Positions 33,075 through 35,532 of a stretch of DNA of 35,532 nt are shown in pieces. The position numbers were made by a program, and so were the translations under genes. The notes beneath the pieces are model-generated. The model made no database searches. It was not told the origin of the DNA and saw nothing but the letters and a program-made list of their open reading frames with translations. Each line of letters starts with the position of its first letter. Within the stretch, counting starts at the first letter, position 1. Source of the DNA: Treponema sp. (GTDB lineage: Bacteria; Spirochaetota; Spirochaetia; Treponematales; Breznakiellaceae); assembly GCA_031258265.1 (NCBI GenBank), contig JAIRNB010000174.1:1-35532 (forward strand), read 5' to 3'.

Positions 33075-33960
33075 ATTTATTTATTCTCCGGCTTCCCCCG
33101 GGGAGAAGGATCTGGTCCCCAGGGATGATGTTTTTGAAGTTTCCGTTCAGGAGGGGACGGAATTTGAGACAGGGGAAAGGCAAAAGGCCGCCGGTCTTGA
33201 GAAGGGTATCAAGGTACTTATCATCGCCGCCGCCTCCGTGCTGGTTTTAGAGCTTCTCTGGATCTTTGCTATCAGCCCCTGTATGCCCCTTTCCCGCCTG
33301 GAGATAAGCGGCTTCTCCGGCCTGGGCCGGGAAGAAATACTGCGCCGGGCCGGCATCGGGGAGAGGGCTTCCTATATTTCAATCAATCCCCGGTCCGTGG
33401 AGAAGAACCTGGAGGCCATTAGGGAAGTGGAATCCGTCCGGGTTACCAAACGTTTTCCCAATTCGGTAACGATTCTAATGGTTCCCCGGACGGCGGTGGC
33501 CATGGCCTTTGACAAAATAGAAGGGAGGCGGACGCCCTTGTACTTTGACCGCCACGGCGTTCTTTTTAAGGCCGGGTCCTCCCCTGCAGAAGTCCAGGCC
33601 CCCGGGCATCTTGTCCTGCCGGTAATTTCCGGCCTGCCCCTGGGAGAGGACAGAGTCCTGCCGGCCATATACCTGCCCCTTTTTACCAGCCTGGAGAGAA
33701 TCCGCAGCGCGGAACCCCGGCTTTTACAGGTTATATCGGAAATTCGGGTGAACAGGAAACCCTTTGACGGCTTCGATTTGATACTCTACCCTGTTCACAG
33801 TCCTATACGGGTCCGGCTGGAACCCAACTTAAACGAAGAAACTCTTCGGTATGTGATGCTGATGCTTGATGTATTTGCGGAAAAGGAACAGGAAATCGAA
33901 GAAATCGATTTTCGGACCGAAACGGCTTCATATAAGTTAAAGGAGGCCTCCTCTGACTAA
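33064..33960 (+). CDS. ftsQ: Cell division protein FtsQ/DivIB-like (POTRA domain)
   Basis: TM helix followed by a POTRA-like segment (LEISGFSGLGREEILRRAGI...VESVRVTKRFPNSVTILMVPR). The ATG at 33064 lies 6 nt after GGGAGG. Confidence 0.7.
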   Translation: MSGEFIYSPASPGEKDLVPRDDVFEVSVQEGTEFETGERQKAAGLEKGIKVLIIAAASVLVLELLWIFAISPCMPLSRLEISGFSGLGREEILRRAGIGERASYISINPRSVEKNLEAIREVESVRVTKRFPNSVTILMVPRTAVAMAFDKIEGRRTPLYFDRHGVLFKAGSSPAEVQAPGHLVLPVISGLPLGEDRVLPAIYLPLFTSLERIRSAEPRLLQVISEIRVNRKPFDGFDLILYPVHSPIRVRLEPNLNEETLRYVMLMLDVFAEKEQEIEEIDFRTETASYKLKEASSD

Positions 33961-33967
33961 CGAAAAT

Positions 33968-35209
33968 ATGGTTGTCGGCCTTGATATTGGTACGACGAAG
34001 GTTTGCGCGGTTATCGGTGAACGTAATGAAAAGGGAATTCTGGAAATCACCGGCCTGGGAATCTGTCCTTCCACGGGCATGAAGAAGGGAGTGGTGACGA
34101 ATATCGAAGCCACCCTTCGATCCGTTACCACCGCTATCGAGGCGGCGGAAATGATGTGCGGTCGGGAAGTACATGGCTGCTGGACCGGCATAGGGGGAAG
34201 CCATATTGACGGCATCAATTCCCGGGGAGTAGTAACGGTGTCGGGGAAAAACCGGGAAACCCGGGAAATAGGTCCCGCCGATCTAAGCCGGGTGCTTCAG
34301 ATAGCCCAGGAAGTGGTGATTCCCATGGACCGTCAGGTGCTGGAGGTTATTCCCCAAAGTTACATCGTGGATAACCAAAAGGGGATTCGTAATCCCCTGG
34401 ATATGCTGGGGGTCCGCCTTGAGGCGGAGGTGCATATTATTACCTGTTCAAGTACCGGAGCGCAAAACCTTATTAACTGCGTGAACCGCGCCGGTTTCCA
34501 CGCCCAGTTGATACTTCAATCCCTGGCCGCCGGCCGTTCCGTGCTTACCGAGGAAGAGAAGGACATGGGGGTAGCCCTGGTTGACCTGGGAGGGGGAACC
34601 ACGGAAATGCTGGTGTATTCCGAGGGGGCCCCCTATTCTACCACCAGTATTCCCGCGGGAACGGAACTGGTTACCAGGGATATATCAATTATCAAGGGCA
34701 TTTCTTTTGAAAATGCGGAGAAGATAAAGATCGCCGCCGGATGCTGCTGGGAGAGTCTTTTAGAGGGGGAGGATGTGATCATCCCCGGCATCGGGGGCCG
34801 TCCTACGATTCCCATACCCCGCAAGCATGTTCTGGAGATCATCCGGCCCCGGATGGAAGAGATCTACCGGATGGTGAAAGAAAAGCTGGACAAGCTGGCC
34901 CTGGCCCGTCCCCTGGGAGCGGGAATTGTTTTGACGGGGGGCGGGGCCATGCTTTCCGGGGCCGCGGAACTGGCTTCCTATATTTTTAAGATGCCCGTCC
35001 GGGTGGGGAATCCCCTGCCCCTGCCGGGACTTGCGGAGGAATACTGTAATCCGGTCTATGCCACCGCCATAGGGCTGGCCCTGGAGGGAAATGACCGGGA
35101 AACCGGGGGAGGGGATGAACGGGGAGGGGAAAAATCCGGTGGAGGAAAAGGAGGAGATTTTTTACGTATTGGAAAACTGGTGGACTGGCTTAAAAAAGAA
35201 TTTTTTTAG
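33968..35209 (+). CDS. ftsA: Cell division protein FtsA
   Basis: Actin-like ATPase motifs (VVGLDIGTTKVCAVIGE, LVDLGGGTTE, GIVLTGGGAML) and a C-terminal amphipathic helix (LVDWLKKEFF). Confidence 0.95.
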   Translation: MVVGLDIGTTKVCAVIGERNEKGILEITGLGICPSTGMKKGVVTNIEATLRSVTTAIEAAEMMCGREVHGCWTGIGGSHIDGINSRGVVTVSGKNRETREIGPADLSRVLQIAQEVVIPMDRQVLEVIPQSYIVDNQKGIRNPLDMLGVRLEAEVHIITCSSTGAQNLINCVNRAGFHAQLILQSLAAGRSVLTEEEKDMGVALVDLGGGTTEMLVYSEGAPYSTTSIPAGTELVTRDISIIKGISFENAEKIKIAAGCCWESLLEGEDVIIPGIGGRPTIPIPRKHVLEIIRPRMEEIYRMVKEKLDKLALARPLGAGIVLTGGGAMLSGAAELASYIFKMPVRVGNPLPLPGLAEEYCNPVYATAIGLALEGNDRETGGGDERGGEKSGGGKGGDFLRIGKLVDWLKKEFF

Positions 35210-35437
35210 CCGGTCCGTATTTGGGAGGGGAACTGTGGAAAAGGGTAACGGTGTTTCTTACTGTCCGGCGGCGCTTCCGCCGGGGCGGGGAATATCGTTT
35301 ATAAGGGACGGCGGTTTTAGAAAGTTTTATGCGTGAAACTCGATAAACCGCGGAAGAACGAAGGCTGTTCGTAAAGCCTGCCCTGGTTTTGCAAACGGCT
35401 CAGCATTGAGGCGAAAAAAAGGTTTGGGAGGTCGAAG

Positions 35438-35532
35438 ATGCACATTGTGGTTGATGATGAAGACAAGGCGGTGCCGGCGCTGATTAAGGTAATCGGTATA
35501 GGCGGGGCCGGTACCAACGCGGTGAACTGGAT
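35438..35532 (+). CDS. ftsZ: Cell division protein FtsZ (5' end, continues right of the window)
   Basis: GGGAGG RBS followed by ATG at 35438. MHIVVDDEDKAVPALIKVIGIGGAGTNAVNW matches the FtsZ N-terminal GTP-binding start. Not in the ORF track because it is truncated. Confidence 0.85.
   Translation, partial: MHIVVDDEDKAVPALIKVIGIGGAGTNAVNW

Noticed and set aside
1-35532. Search for tRNA or rRNA genes, transposases or IS ends, and known defence genes (cas, RM, Abi, CBASS and similar)
   Set aside because: Reading the ORF translations and intergenic regions turned up none. Absence is based on visual inspection only and should be confirmed with tRNAscan-SE, Infernal, ISfinder and DefenseFinder.

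Overview
This looks like a chromosomal segment from a GC-rich spirochaete (roughly 55-60% GC by eye). The assignment rests on two FlaA flagellar-sheath paralogues and a V-type ATPase operon in the Borrelia/Treponema gene order E-(DUF2764-like)-A-B-D-I-K. Most of the window is housekeeping. On the plus strand: a Gfo/Idh/MocA oxidoreductase, galM, the V-ATPase operon followed directly by ispG, a secreted beta-barrel-like protein and a TPR protein, rpsT, an HU/IHF protein, lnt, a REC-only response regulator, a bactofilin, a CinA/PncC-like protein, rho, rpmE, the flaA pair, and a compact dcw cluster (mraZ-rsmH-ftsL-murF-mraY-ftsW-ftsQ-ftsA-ftsZ). On the minus strand: a J-domain protein, a lipoprotein and an RlmK-like methyltransferase. 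Six things fall outside ordinary annotation. (1) Three unusually long non-coding tracts (about 3292-3842, 14437-15133 and 27062-27555) are built from a family of structured mosaic repeats. These include a 408-bp foldback, a 68-nt perfect inverted match 11 kb apart, and a G-run/C-run-capped ~130-nt element present twice with differing hairpins. (2) An orphan two-gene minus-strand cassette (26110-27061) sits between the flaA operon and the dcw cluster: an 83-aa protein plus a 239-aa protein that looks like a nuclease with a winged helix. (3) The atpK leader contains a tandem 69-bp duplication. (4) A 56-aa zinc-ribbon ORF, absent from the ORF track, has a strong RBS and promoter upstream of rpsT. 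(5) The left edge of the window is abruptly AT-rich. (6) Rho carries a long disordered N-terminal extension, and the J-domain protein has a W/G-rich repeat linker. I saw no CRISPR array, tRNA or rRNA gene, transposase, or recognisable defence gene. The candidate novel elements are inferences from sequence patterns only.
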